Source of the DNA: Paraspadella gotoi
Taxonomy: Eukaryota > Animalia > Chaetognatha
Length of the DNA: 64,000 nucleotides
NCBI GenBank assembly: GCA_051294375.1
Contig: CM119263.1
Span: 29,443,134 to 29,507,133, forward strand
Direction: 5' to 3'
The position numbers were made by a program, and so were the translations under genes. Below, in pieces: positions 22,343 through 33,041 of this stretch (position 1 is the first letter of the stretch; the number at the start of each line of letters is the position of its first letter). The notes beneath the pieces were generated by a model. The model was not told the DNA's origin, did not search any database, and was given only the letters and a program-made list of their open reading frames with translations.

Positions 22343-24285
22343 TTAGCCCCGTGAAGCGACGGTCACTTGCCAGACGCGGATCAGGTGATCCCTGTAGCCT
22401 GAAATTAATAAAATAAACAAAATATTAAACAAGACCTAATAAACTACAAAAAGAATTGAAGAAAAGATCGAGACTAACCGGCGAAGAGCGTCTGTCCGTC
22501 GGCAGACCAAGCGAGCGAGAGGCACTCGGGCGCCTCCGCCTTCGTCGACGTCGACAGAACTTCCGGTTTGAGTTCGTCCACGATGATTTTGCCTTCGAGA
22601 TCCCAGATCTTGATGGAGGGACCTGAGGGTAAGGAAAAAGGGTAAGTTAGTGACTGAAAAAAATAAGTAAAAGAAAATAAGGCGCTGTGGCGAATCCTAA
22701 ATTCGCCTCCAGTATAGCATGGTGAAACTCAGCTCGTCCCATTGGCTTGGACAGCCAAGTAGTCGTGAGTTCCGGGTTCAATCTCCTCACGGTCACGCTG
22801 GTTAGAGTGTGATGGTGTCGGCATAAACACGCCAGTGACATGAGATGGTCACTGCAGGCCCAAAGCCCTGAGCGCCAGCTGTCTGAAGATGCCTCACACC
22901 CCAGGCATCGCACATGTCCCCCCGTTGCCATAGCGCCCCCTTTACCAGTGGCGGCGCAAAGCCAGTATCGGTTGGGCGAGAAGGTGAGGGCGTTGATGAT
23001 GTCTCCGCCGCCGTCGAGGGTGTAGAGGTGCTTTCCCTCGTGGAGATCCCACAACATCGCCTTGCCGTCTTTGCCTCCAGAGGCGCAGAGGGAACCGTCG
23101 GGCGAGACGGTGACGGTGCTCAGGAACCCAGCATGTCCGATGTGGTTCGTCTTCAACTTGCAGTTAGTCAGGTTCCAAACCTTAAGGGGAGGTTTTAAAT
23201 AATGTATCAATTCCATAGTCTTTTTTACTTGAATCACAACCATTAACACAACTCCAGCTTCACCTTGACGAGTTTATCCCAGCCGCAGGAAACGATAATG
23301 GGGTTGGTGTTGGTTGGCGAGAACCGGACGCAGGAGACCCACTCGGAGTGACCCTCCTCTTGGATGGTGTACTTGCAGACGCCCAGGGTGTTCCACAGCT
23401 TGATGGTACGATCGCGAGAGCCAGACACGATTTGTCTGATGAGAGAGAGCAAAAGATCAAATCAGGCGGTCAATTTCAATACCGGTCAGAAGAGAGGTTG
23501 AAAATTCTTCAAACCTTTTTATACCGTATACAAACGAAGTTAATTTGTTTTCTTATCCGGTTTGTTAATTTATTACTTAGTATATATATAAACTTTTTAA
23601 ATTGTTAAAACACACATGTATATATAAACTTAAATATTTGACCCCCAACCTGTTGTCGGCCGAGAAGGCGACGGACAAGACGTCTTTGGTGTGGCCGACG
23701 AAACGACGAGTCGTCGTGCCCATCGTCAAATCCCAGAGGCGAAGAGTCGAATCCCAGGATCCAGAGAGGGCGAACTGCCCGTCCGATGAAAGGACGATGT
23801 CGGAGACGAAATGACCGTGACCCTGTTTGCGTGGGGGGGGAGGAAAGGAGAATGAGGTCAAATTTCAAACATAAACCCAATGGACTCTTTCGACGTAAAA
23901 ACCCCGGTTGCAGACCCGCCCACCTTGAGCGCCTTGTGGGCGACGCCGTAGTTGGCGTCGTCCTTTGTCAACTTCCAAATGATGATCGACTTGTCTCTGG
24001 AAGACGACAGGATCATGTCTGGGAACATGGGCGTCGTCGCGATTTGGGTCACCCACCTTAAAAGAAAACAAGGAACGGTTATTCCAAGGTGTTGCGCCGC
24101 ATTACTTTTTTTTTACTTATCATTAAAAACAAAAGGCGGCGCCAGTAGTCGTTTAGATTTGATTTTTAACAAATGAGCAACAAACTATAAGCAAGTTATA
24201 AGCGTTTTTAACGTAAGTGGGACGGACCGAAAACTCACCCGTTGTGCCCCTTCAAGGTGCCGCGAAGAGTAAGTTGTTCCGTCAT
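22343..24285 (-). CDS. RACK1: Receptor for activated C kinase 1 (40S ribosomal WD40 protein)
   Basis: Exons 24239-24285, 23924-24056, 23650-23822, 23264-23435, 22946-23180, 22479-22622, 22343-22398. [86 protein letters not shown]. Confidence 0.98.
22681..22937. ncRNA. Candidate structured RNA or small mobile element filling RACK1 intron 5 (22623-22945)
   Basis: Terminal 11-bp helix GGCGCTGTGGC/GCCATAGCGCC plus internal hairpins GGCGAAT/ATTCGCC, TTGGCT/AGCCAA, CGTGAG/CTCACG, CAGTGAC/GTCACTG, GATGCCT/AGGCATC. GC-rich, unlike most neighbouring AT-rich introns. Family not recognised. Confidence 0.55.
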
Positions 24286-24493
24286 GGCCTAAGAATTTTT
24301 CTTAAACTTTTCAATTTAAATCTGCGAAAAAAAAGATGGAAAACCGCGACGACGGTGAAAAAAAAAATTATTAAAACATCGGAAACATAATAAATCACGT
24401 GAACGACGAAAAAAAAAACATTATTTCAATTTCAATTCGTTTTTTTAATAAACAAAACAAATAAACCCGAACTCGCATAAAAACTCATCATTT

Positions 24494-24497
<4 letters not shown>

Positions 24498-24560
<63 letters not shown>
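24498..24560. repeat. (GA/TC)n microsatellite in the EIF6 3' UTR
   Basis: Directly visible dinucleotide run. Confidence 0.95.
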
Positions 24561-24579
24561 AACATTTCCGTGGACTCGA

Positions 24580-25614
24580 TCACGTCATCGTCTCGATGAG
24601 AGAGTCTCTCATATGCGCGGCGATCGCCGTCGGGTTGGGGTCGCTCAGCTTGAAGAGCTTCTCGATGAAGGAGACTTCGGTGGCGGTGGTGTCGAGGCCG
24701 CAGAAGGCGCACCAATCGTTGACGATCATCCCGGCGCCGATGACGTCCGATCCGCGGTTCACGGTGCCCGCCGCGATGGGGATCTTATGGGGGGAAAGGG
24801 GAAAAAAGAGAAGAGATTATTTAATTTTATCCCAAAAAATTGTTTATGATATCTTCAAATTGATTAAAACAGGGAAAGACGGTAAACTAGTTTTGCACAA
24901 AAACATTGACTTAATACCTGCAGTAAGGAGGAGAGCTCTTCTTGGTCTTGAATGGACGTTTTTGGATGAACCAATCCTCCTTGATTGGAGAGGGAACTGT
25001 ACGAACCGACCAAGAGATTTCCGGCGATGGTGTGACGGAAAACCTCAACTGTTAATGTTAAAAATGAAAATTATTATCATAATGAATGCGTATTAGATAA
25101 AACGGTGGTTATAAAAAGCCTCCGTTACCCTTAAGCGTGTCGGCGATGATTTCCTCCGTTTCTCGATCCAAATCCGGATGCACCAACGCCACGTAGTCGT
25201 TGCAGGTGATGACGTTGCCAAGCGCCGAGAGCCGTTCCTCCACCCGTTGGATATTCACCGCCTCCGGAAGAGAGTTACGGATGTGCTGCAGCTCTTGGTC
25301 CGTCGTGCTGTTGGGCAAGAGCAGGCCGTGACGGTTGCCAACGCACATGCGTCCTGGAGAGGTTGAAATGGACAGGAAAGAGTGATAGTGAAAAGAATAA
25401 CACTCCTCCCCCCACACCCAATTTCAAGTGACTCACCGATTATCCTGCAGCCGGCGATGGAGGTGTGGACGACGGGCATAACCTCCCCCAATTCTCCTTC
25501 GAAGACGGAATAAAAGTTTTCCGATCCTCCGATGGAGATGAGGCAGTAAGAGTTGGTCAGAAGGGAGAACACGCCCACCTCGTTGTTGTTTTCGAAGGAA
25601 ACGCGGACGGCCAT
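24580..25614 (-). CDS. EIF6: Eukaryotic translation initiation factor 6
   Basis: Exons 25437-25614, 25129-25353, 24918-25048, 24580-24783. [85 protein letters not shown]. Confidence 0.98.
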
Positions 25615-25888
25615 GATTAACGCAGGATGCTCTTTTGTTGTTGTTGTAAATTAAAAAAGTTAAATTCAAATAAAACCGCGTCAAGGCGTCTCCCCTGTTG
25701 TATAAAACGGTCAAGTTTTACAGAAAAGAATATTTTTTTTTGTTTTAAGAATTAAAATATTTTAAATTGAACTGGAATTAAAAACTCGAAACATTTAATA
25801 TTTTTTCAAAAGTTCAAAAAACAAGATGGCAAAGATGAAGGAAGATGTTGTTCTTTTCTTTGCTTTCCGAAGTCTCCGCAAGAGGGAC

Positions 25889-26593
25889 TCAAAATTTCTT
25901 GAACTGCTTCTTGGCGGCGGCGCTCTTCGTCACTTTGATGACGTTGAATCGGACCGTCTTGGAGAGGGGACGGCACTCGCCCACAGTGACCGTGTCGCCT
26001 GGAAAACGAAAAGTATATTATATTATGACAATTATTACAAAAATATTACAAGTACGTCAGAGTCAATCGTTGATCAAAAATTGAAACGCAAAGACTCACC
26101 GATGGCGATGTCGCGGAAACAGGGGGAAACGTGGGCAGAGATGTTCTTATGTCTCTTCTCGAATCGCTTGTACTTCCTATAAGAAAAAATATCATAAATA
26201 TATTACTTAACAAACAAGAATGAACACTGTTTTCGTGCCTAATGTAGTGCAAGTAGTCTCTCCGGATGACGAGAGTGCGTTGCATCTTGAGCTTCTGCAC
26301 GACGCCGGACAGGATTCGGCCTCGAATCTGCACCATTCCGGTGAAGGGGCATTTCTTGTCGATGTAGTTCCCTTCCTTCGCTTCCATCGGGGTCTTGAAC
26401 CCGAGACCCACGTTTTTCACATAGCGGATCTTGAGGGAAGAGAAGAAAAGTATAAAATAATAAATATGAGTTAACAATGATTAATAAATCGAAAACATAC
26501 CTTTTTCGCTTTGTTGCCGGCGATCAAAGTCGCCTTCGAGTTTAAGAAAACGTTTTTCTGCTTCTGGAAAGCTCTTTCCGTCTGATCCGCCAT
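25889..26593 (-). CDS. RPS11: 40S ribosomal protein S11 (uS17)
   Basis: Exons 26501-26593, 26239-26429, 26100-26176, 25889-25998. [68 protein letters not shown]. Intron 2 is GC-AG. Confidence 0.98.
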
Positions 26594-26793
26594 CTTGAAT
26601 TAATTCTTATCTAAATTTTTGAATTTCTAAAATCGTAGAGAAAAAAATTATCGGAATTGAAAATCCAACGTCACCGAAGAGATCAACTTGACAAAAAAAG
26701 ATTCAACAATAATTGATAATCAGATTTAAAGACTAGAAAGTGAAACAAAGATAATAGTGAAATTGGAAATAATTTGGAACGAGTCGTAGGAAG

Positions 26794-29700
26794 TCAAGGC
26801 GTGGCTCCCATCTGATACTCGTCGAGGATGTAGCTGGGAATGTGGGCCTCGATCGTCTTTCTCGGCTGCTTGGTAAAACTCAAGTATTGTTCGAAAAACA
26901 CTAACAAATTAAAAGCCTCCGGAGGAAAGCTCGTCACAGACGCCGAAGCGAGAGCTTCCGTAATTTTGCAAAGGTGGGAGCCAAGCAGAGACAAGCAATC
27001 GACCGTGTTTTGCGAGTGAAACTGCTTGAGAAGGGTGACAATGCCCACGACGAAGGCGGAGCCGTCAACGGACACGCCCCCTTCCGATTTTTTGCTGGTG
27101 AGGCATCCCACCTTCTTCATATACTGCAGCTTCGTCAACTGGGATAGAATGAGCAGAAAACAAAAGAGCGGAATGTGAGGCAGAGGCTTCGCCGTCACGT
27201 ATATTTTGGTTAGAGGGTCGTTGATCCCCACGGCCTCCAAGTAGGTCGTCAAGTCGTAGAGAAGGTCGTTCTCTTCCTTGTCGGCGCCGGCGCCGGGGTA
27301 AGGGTGGGACGATGGATCCTTGTAGTGCGCCTCCACGTCCAGCAGCAAGGCCTGGTTGAAGTTGGAGATCGCGGAGGCGAGAAACTTGGAGTCGAACTTG
27401 GCGGAAGTGTTGAGCTCGTGGGATATTTGGCGCCGAAGCAGCTGAATCTGCCCGATGGCCATGACTTGTGCAACGAGGGACGGCCATTGCTTGGAGGCTT
27501 TGCCGATGGCATGCTGACATTTCGTCGGCTCCGGGGAATCGCTCAGTACCGCGAAAATTTCCGTCCAGAGTTTGGAGTTGACGACGTTTCTGGAAAAGCG
27601 TTGGACGAATTTCTGGAGAGCCTCCACCAACATGAAGCAGTAGAGTTCGTCCAAGCCTTTAAGACCGAAAACCCCGACTCCTTTTTGGATCATTTGAAAA
27701 AGCTTGGCGTTGGCCAATTCGGCTTTAGTCTTGTAATCGTACCAAGCTTTCATCTGGTCCAGGTAGATGGTTTGTTTCGGATTGGTGATCCTCAAAATCT
27801 CTCTGGCTAATCTTCCCATGAAAGTCACGGATTCTCCGTCCGTCGGCGGAAACTGAGGAATGGGGATGTTTTTGTTCCAATATTGGGATTCCCAGGCGTA
27901 GACTTTTTCCCGCAAGAAAGTATTTGACTCTTGTTGGACGGAAAAACTGATGACTCGGGACAATTCTTCCTGCCAAATTTTGAGTCCATTGATGTTGATG
28001 TAGTCTTGGATGTACTCGAATGATCTGCGGAATCCTTCCATCACGTCGCCGAGCGACTGCAGCTTTTGAATCAGCAAATAATTGATCGGAGCGGAGGTCT
28101 TCACGTTGAAAGCATTCAATCCGTTGTGCAAGGCGGTGGCCACCTGGTTGACCAGCTCCTTTCTGATCCCGTCCTCCAACAACTGCTTGGGGTCAAGCTT
28201 GATGATCCCGACCAACGTGGTCTTCATCATGAGGATGCCTTCCGTGAAGACGGAGATGCTTCTCGTCAGTCGCGCCACTTCCCTTCTTTCGTCCAGCTGC
28301 GCGAATTCCTTCAACTTGTCCTTGTCAAGTCGAGTCGGGACTTCCTTGATGCGAACCGTTTGCAATTTGATGATGGACGCCAAATTGATGAACATGGTTT
28401 CGGGAATGATTTGCAACACTTTGCGGACGTAGGAAACCAATTCTCCGGAATAGTAATGACTAACGGAGGCGAGATCTTCGCTGTTGGCTTGGTTGATTCT
28501 GAACAGAGGCAAATCCAAAGCAGAGGCTTGCTTTAAGAACGTAGCTCTCAACTTGGTGACCGAGGCTGGATCTGCTTTTATCCTGGATTGCATGATGGGA
28601 GTGAAATGACCGTCCATTATTTCCCACGCGTAGGAGAGATCGCCGATGACTTGCATCAGTATCAGATTCTCCTCTTTAATATTTATGGTTCGCAGCATTT
28701 CGTGCAGAATGTCTCGAGTTTCGGCGAGAAATTGCTTCACTTGTAAATTGCTCTCGATCTGATGATATTCTTGCACGTCTTCCAAGGCTTGCATGAGTTG
28801 AATTATTTGCCGTCCAGCGGCCGTAGAATTGACGTAATTTAAGCCGTTGATTTCCTCAGCGGTTTTAGTTAGCCAAGCTTGAAGATTCTCGTTCTTTTCT
28901 ACTCTGGTGAGCGGCTTTGTTCCCGAGAAAACGTCGGCCAGCTCCAAGCACCTCTCCTTCCCTTCAGTCTTGGCCGCGTTCCATTTTTTCTCTTTTTGTG
29001 CTAACAGCATCTTAAACATCTCCATCAGCTTAAACTCCAACTGTGCCGAGTCCAGCAACAAACGAAAAAGATCCGACAAGAGTTTTTCTCCAGCGGAATC
29101 GATCAAATCTTTGATCTGACGATATTTTTTGTTCGTTTTGCTCGTCTCCTGCGATGGCTGCGCTGTGTGAAGCATCAGCCATCTGATGGTCACGTTGCAT
29201 TCCCGTAACGTTGCCATCAATTTTGAAATGGAATCCAAGACATATTTTTCCGTTAAAACTCCTTCCTTTAGCAATTGAGTCACCGTCGGCTGCAATTTCT
29301 TCATTTTGGTGTAAAATTTCGTCACAAAGGATTTAACGTTGGAAATCTCGATGGTGTTCGCCAAGGCGGTCTTGGCTGCCTTGTAAGGCTCCCACGCCTC
29401 CACCAAGCTCATCGTGATGCCCATATAGACGCTGGCAACCCAATTGTCGGGGAAGAACTTGTCAACGATCTCTCTCATCGTCGCCGGCTCCCCGGAAAGG
29501 ACCTCCGGGGAAAAGAAGAGAGCGACGAACAACATGGCGGCCTGATTGGCCAACGCCGTGCTCCGATGTTCCGGCAGAGGGAATGATTCTATCTGATGGT
29601 ACAGATCGTCATATCTCAAGCGACCGAGGATCAACGCGAGAAATTTAGAATTGATCGGGACACGAGCGAAATACGAATCTGGATACGAGGGCGGACGACG

Positions 29701-30378
29701 AGGGGCGGCCGGATGGTTGGAGTAGTTGGTCGATCGTAGCAACTTGACTATATCGTCGAAGTTGGAGTAATCGCTCCGCCCGGATCTCGCTCCGCCTCCG
29801 CCGCCCATGTAACGATGATAGGAAACGAGAATTCTCTCTCTCACGGTGCCCGGAATGCGCATATCGATGACCAACAGCATGACGCCATAGAGGTACAACG
29901 ACTCGGCCAACAGCTGCTTGCCGTGAACGTTGTTAATGACGCTCTCCAGAGTCTGCTGGATGTAGACCCCTTCCTCGAGATCCTCCACGTAGCGGTTGAG
30001 ATCAACGACGTACTTGTGGACGCTCTCGAAGGCGAGATAAAATCGAGTTAGGATCTTGACGTGACTCTCCTTGAATTCCTCGTCCAAATCCTGCAGTTCG
30101 ACGCTGGAGGATATTTTGTGCTCATAGAATTCTGATTGGCCGAGATAAGAAAAGTCCAAGACTAAGTCTCCGTATTTCTCAGCCTCTCGAAATCCGGCCA
30201 CGTTCTTCCCGCGCGAGGCGGGACCCTCGGCGCCGTGTTTGAAGACGGGAGGGACCACTTCCGCCAGGCGGAGGAGCTCGGCGATGATGGCGTTTCCGCG
30301 GGAGACGAGGCGGAGCAGCGTCACGCCGCAGACATTGTTGTCCGCCAAGAAATCGGCGCCGCTCTGACCAGCGGCCAT
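26794..30378 (-). CDS. WASHC5: WASH complex subunit 5 (strumpellin), single exon, 1194 aa
   Basis: [95 protein letters not shown] in one uninterrupted ORF. Confidence 0.97.
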   Translation of the reverse strand: MAAGQSGADFLADNNVCGVTLLRLVSRGNAIIAELLRLAEVVPPVFKHGAEGPASRGKNVAGFREAEKYGDLVLDFSYLGQSEFYEHKISSSVELQDLDEEFKESHVKILTRFYLAFESVHKYVVDLNRYVEDLEEGVYIQQTLESVINNVHGKQLLAESLYLYGVMLLVIDMRIPGTVRERILVSYHRYMGGGGGARSGRSDYSNFDDIVKLLRSTNYSNHPAAPRRPPSYPDSYFARVPINSKFLALILGRLRYDDLYHQIESFPLPEHRSTALANQAAMLFVALFFSPEVLSGEPATMREIVDKFFPDNWVASVYMGITMSLVEAWEPYKAAKTALANTIEISNVKSFVTKFYTKMKKLQPTVTQLLKEGVLTEKYVLDSISKLMATLRECNVTIRWLMLHTAQPSQETSKTNKKYRQIKDLIDSAGEKLLSDLFRLLLDSAQLEFKLMEMFKMLLAQKEKKWNAAKTEGKERCLELADVFSGTKPLTRVEKNENLQAWLTKTAEEINGLNYVNSTAAGRQIIQLMQALEDVQEYHQIESNLQVKQFLAETRDILHEMLRTINIKEENLILMQVIGDLSYAWEIMDGHFTPIMQSRIKADPASVTKLRATFLKQASALDLPLFRINQANSEDLASVSHYYSGELVSYVRKVLQIIPETMFINLASIIKLQTVRIKEVPTRLDKDKLKEFAQLDERREVARLTRSISVFTEGILMMKTTLVGIIKLDPKQLLEDGIRKELVNQVATALHNGLNAFNVKTSAPINYLLIQKLQSLGDVMEGFRRSFEYIQDYININGLKIWQEELSRVISFSVQQESNTFLREKVYAWESQYWNKNIPIPQFPPTDGESVTFMGRLAREILRITNPKQTIYLDQMKAWYDYKTKAELANAKLFQMIQKGVGVFGLKGLDELYCFMLVEALQKFVQRFSRNVVNSKLWTEIFAVLSDSPEPTKCQHAIGKASKQWPSLVAQVMAIGQIQLLRRQISHELNTSAKFDSKFLASAISNFNQALLLDVEAHYKDPSSHPYPGAGADKEENDLLYDLTTYLEAVGINDPLTKIYVTAKPLPHIPLFCFLLILSQLTKLQYMKKVGCLTSKKSEGGVSVDGSAFVVGIVTLLKQFHSQNTVDCLSLLGSHLCKITEALASASVTSFPPEAFNLLVFFEQYLSFTKQPRKTIEAHIPSYILDEYQMGATP

Positions 30379-30502
30379 CTCTTTGAAGGGCAGTAAAAAA
30401 AAAGGTCAATATGTTAGGAAAAGAGAAAATAAAATAAAAAATATAACAATAACCTTAAAATAAAAACTAAATCGAATTTAAATATATGGCAAACGCCCAT
30501 CA

Positions 30503-31036
30503 TCATTTGTTATTAAACATCGATTTCGAGTCGGTTGCGATTCTTGGTTGTTGCAACGAGTTCCTTAATGACTGCAGTTGATCCTGCAGATGCAAGACGT
30601 GTCTGTTGACTTCTCTCAATTGCGCGTCTTGCCCTTCGATCAACACGTTCAAATTGACGACGTTGTCGGAGAGGGTCTTCAAGTAATTGTCTTCTTCCGC
30701 CTGCTTCTCCTCCGACTTCTTCGCCTGACGATAATATTCGAGGAAGAGTACGGCGGCGCCGATGATGAAGACCGTCACCTCGCCGATCATTTCGGCGCCA
30801 AGGTCAACGGCCAGGTTCTCGTTCAACGGCTTGATGGATTCCTTGGTCGGTTTGGCCAGACCCAAGCTGCCCATTCGGAAAACAGTGTCCCATCGGTGAT
30901 AAAGCTGCGCCGCGGGAAGGCAAAACCTCTCCCGGAAGAATATGGAGGTTTTCGCCCGGCGCTTCATAAAGTTGGCCAAGGGTTTGCCCGCCTGCTTGAG
31001 GGCCATGTAGCCCAGTTTGGCGAGAGGAAACGGCAT
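30503..31036 (-). CDS. OPA3: OPA3 (optic atrophy 3) family mitochondrial protein, single exon
   Basis: ATG at 31036: MPFPLAKLGYMALKQAGKPLAN..KRRAK...AQLYHRW...IKPLNENLAVDLGAEMIGE, then a hydrophobic stretch, EYYRQ and a coiled coil. Confidence 0.93.
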   Translation of the reverse strand: MPFPLAKLGYMALKQAGKPLANFMKRRAKTSIFFRERFCLPAAQLYHRWDTVFRMGSLGLAKPTKESIKPLNENLAVDLGAEMIGEVTVFIIGAAVLFLEYYRQAKKSEEKQAEEDNYLKTLSDNVVNLNVLIEGQDAQLREVNRHVLHLQDQLQSLRNSLQQPRIATDSKSMFNNK

Positions 31037-31189
31037 CGTAGAAAATGATTCCGCGATCTTTTGTTTTCTCTTTCTCTCGTTTAACAGAAACTGCAATAAA
31101 AAGCAAGAGTCTGTAATCACAGGAAAACGCCGCAAACCGGTCGGGGACAGGAAAAATAAAAAGGTGAAATATCCTTGGCGAGAATTTCT

Positions 31190-31477
31190 TTATCCTTTGG
31201 GCGTTTGGACAATGAGCGGGCCGAGATTGTCGCCGGTGACTTGATTGTGTTTAGCATGTGATCCGTCGCATCGAGGAAACTTGTTCGATTGCCAACACCG
31301 ACAAAAAGCGACTTTGCCTCCGGGGGGCAATTCTTCGGTAGACACTTTGTCCACGACTTTGTCTTCGTCCAAGCGCACGCGTACGTTGAGGCGCGGGACT
31401 GCAGTTTGGGACTCGTGCCGAACGAACGGCGCCGTAACGCGGCAATAACGAGACGATTGTAAAGTCGCGCGTAACAT
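31190..31477 (-). CDS. CDGSH iron-sulfur (NEET-type) protein, 95 aa, single exon
   Basis: FCRCWQSNKFPRCDGSHAKHNQVTGDNLGPLIV matches the CISD1/CISD2-type C-X-C-X8-C-D-G-S-H [2Fe-2S] domain. The N-terminus is basic/hydroxylated with no transmembrane helix. Confidence 0.93.
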   Translation of the reverse strand: MLRATLQSSRYCRVTAPFVRHESQTAVPRLNVRVRLDEDKVVDKVSTEELPPGGKVAFCRCWQSNKFPRCDGSHAKHNQVTGDNLGPLIVQTPKG

Positions 31478-31583
31478 ATTTCTTTGAAAAGGAGCCGAAT
31501 CGCTATTAATTAAATAAGAATGGCGCGAATTTTTAAAAAGCAGTTGTACGAAAATGTAAAAGTTAAAAAGGACTAGATTAAAT

Positions 31584-32393
31584 TTAAATATAGACGTCCT
31601 CTTTAACTTGGGCTTCCATTTCGAGTCTCGTAATCAAGCAATCCCATGCGGCGAATTGTTTCGTTAATGAATTAACGGCGTCGTTGTATTGCATAAGAAG
31701 TTGCTCCGTTTCCTCGGTTACTTCCTGAATATTTAAAAAACCTCTAAAGTTAACAGAAAACCATCTCCATCAAGATTTAAGATCGACTCTCGTCAAAACT
31801 TTCACACCTTTGCGTCGCACTGTTGATCGAGAGCGACTTCCGTCAAGGCGTTCAACCTCCCAGTCAAACCGGGCACAGCGGCGATGGCGGCGCTGTCTAG
31901 TGCGGCGCGGCAGGCGACGACGCGGTCCAGCTCGGCGCCGACGCCTCGAATCCTCTCTTCGTCGGCGAGGATCGCTGTGGCCGCCAGTCGAAGGTCCTGC
32001 GTCTCTCTTCGCGCCAAGTCGGGATCCAAGAGGGATTTGAGTTTAGGAAGGTTGGAGAAGGTGTCCTTGACTCGCGCCTGATCTTTTGTCATGCTACGGG
32101 GAAAAGAGAGGGAATGAAATGGAGATGTTAATGTTAATGATATACTTAGGTAAGTAGTTATAATAAATTGAATTAAAATGGTTCGCTAAGCTTTAGTACA
32201 AATAGATAATTAAAGTAAAACAGCGTACCCAGAAATTTAAAGCATCTTTTCACCTTTTAAGTTCCGAGCTACAAGCCGTCACTGCGTCCAAAACGTTTTT
32301 ATCGGTCGACTTGAGCGCAGTCTGCTCCTGGCGGCCAAAAACCAAAGCCTCTAACGCGTCCACGCGCCGCTCCAGTTCGTCCAGTCCGTTCAT
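31584..32393 (-). CDS. DCTN3: Dynactin subunit 3 (p22/p24)
   Basis: Exons 32254-32393, 31808-32093 and 31584-31724 join in frame: LDELERRVDALEALVFG...LLDP...ILADEE...LDSAAIAAVP...EVTEETEQLLMQYN...LTKQFAAWD. Confidence 0.85.
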
Positions 32394-33041
32394 TGTCGCC
32401 GCTTTAAAATAACGACGACGATTTAATCGAACAGGATGAAAGAAATTTGCGTAGAAAATATTTCAAGGCACGATCTAAAACGAAATTACAAACATAGAAA
32501 CTATTACGCACATAATAAATTTTCTTGAATAATTACGAAAAAAAATAGCTTCAAGAGTATGGAAGAATAAAATCAGCGTTAATAGTATCGCATTGCGAAT
32601 TAACCGATGGCTTTTGTACATCGACGGAAAAATTAGTAAACAAATGCACAGCCACTGTTCCGAGTTTAAGAAACAAATGCCAAAATTCAATTCTACGTCA
32701 TAAATTTAATACTAACTGCGTGGTACCAAAAAAGGGTACTTGGTGGGAAAATAAGATCCAGAAGGTGGAAAATTTGTACAAATGGGTTGGTCGATATATG
32801 TAGAAAAATGATTTTTTTAGGGTAACCTAATAACATTGACATTTTTAGAAAAGACTTTGAATTACACGTGACATTAATTTCCCAAACTGAAAAAGCGAAT
32901 GGAATGTTATCAAAATTATTGACTAGAAATCTCGAGATCCTCACCCTCACTAAAAAAAAGGCAAGGATTCGAGCGAAGAAAGTCGGTTCAGTTTTTAGTT
33001 TAAATTCACGGACGAAATAAATTAAGGCGAATCACTTTAGT

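Noticed and set aside
22681-22937. Telomerase RNA, RNase P/MRP, SRP or SNORD95/96 identity for the RACK1 intronic element
   Set aside because: Only CTAACC is present (no 1.5-repeat template), and the P6.1-like hairpin GGGC-TTTGG-GCCT lies upstream of it, the wrong order. No correctly ordered P4 consensus, SRP S-domain or terminal C/D boxes.
22647-22945. RACK1 exon-5 frame stays open ~99 codons into the intron
   Set aside because: The peptide has no WD40 character; GC-rich sequence explains the lack of stops, and canonical splicing restores the conserved protein.
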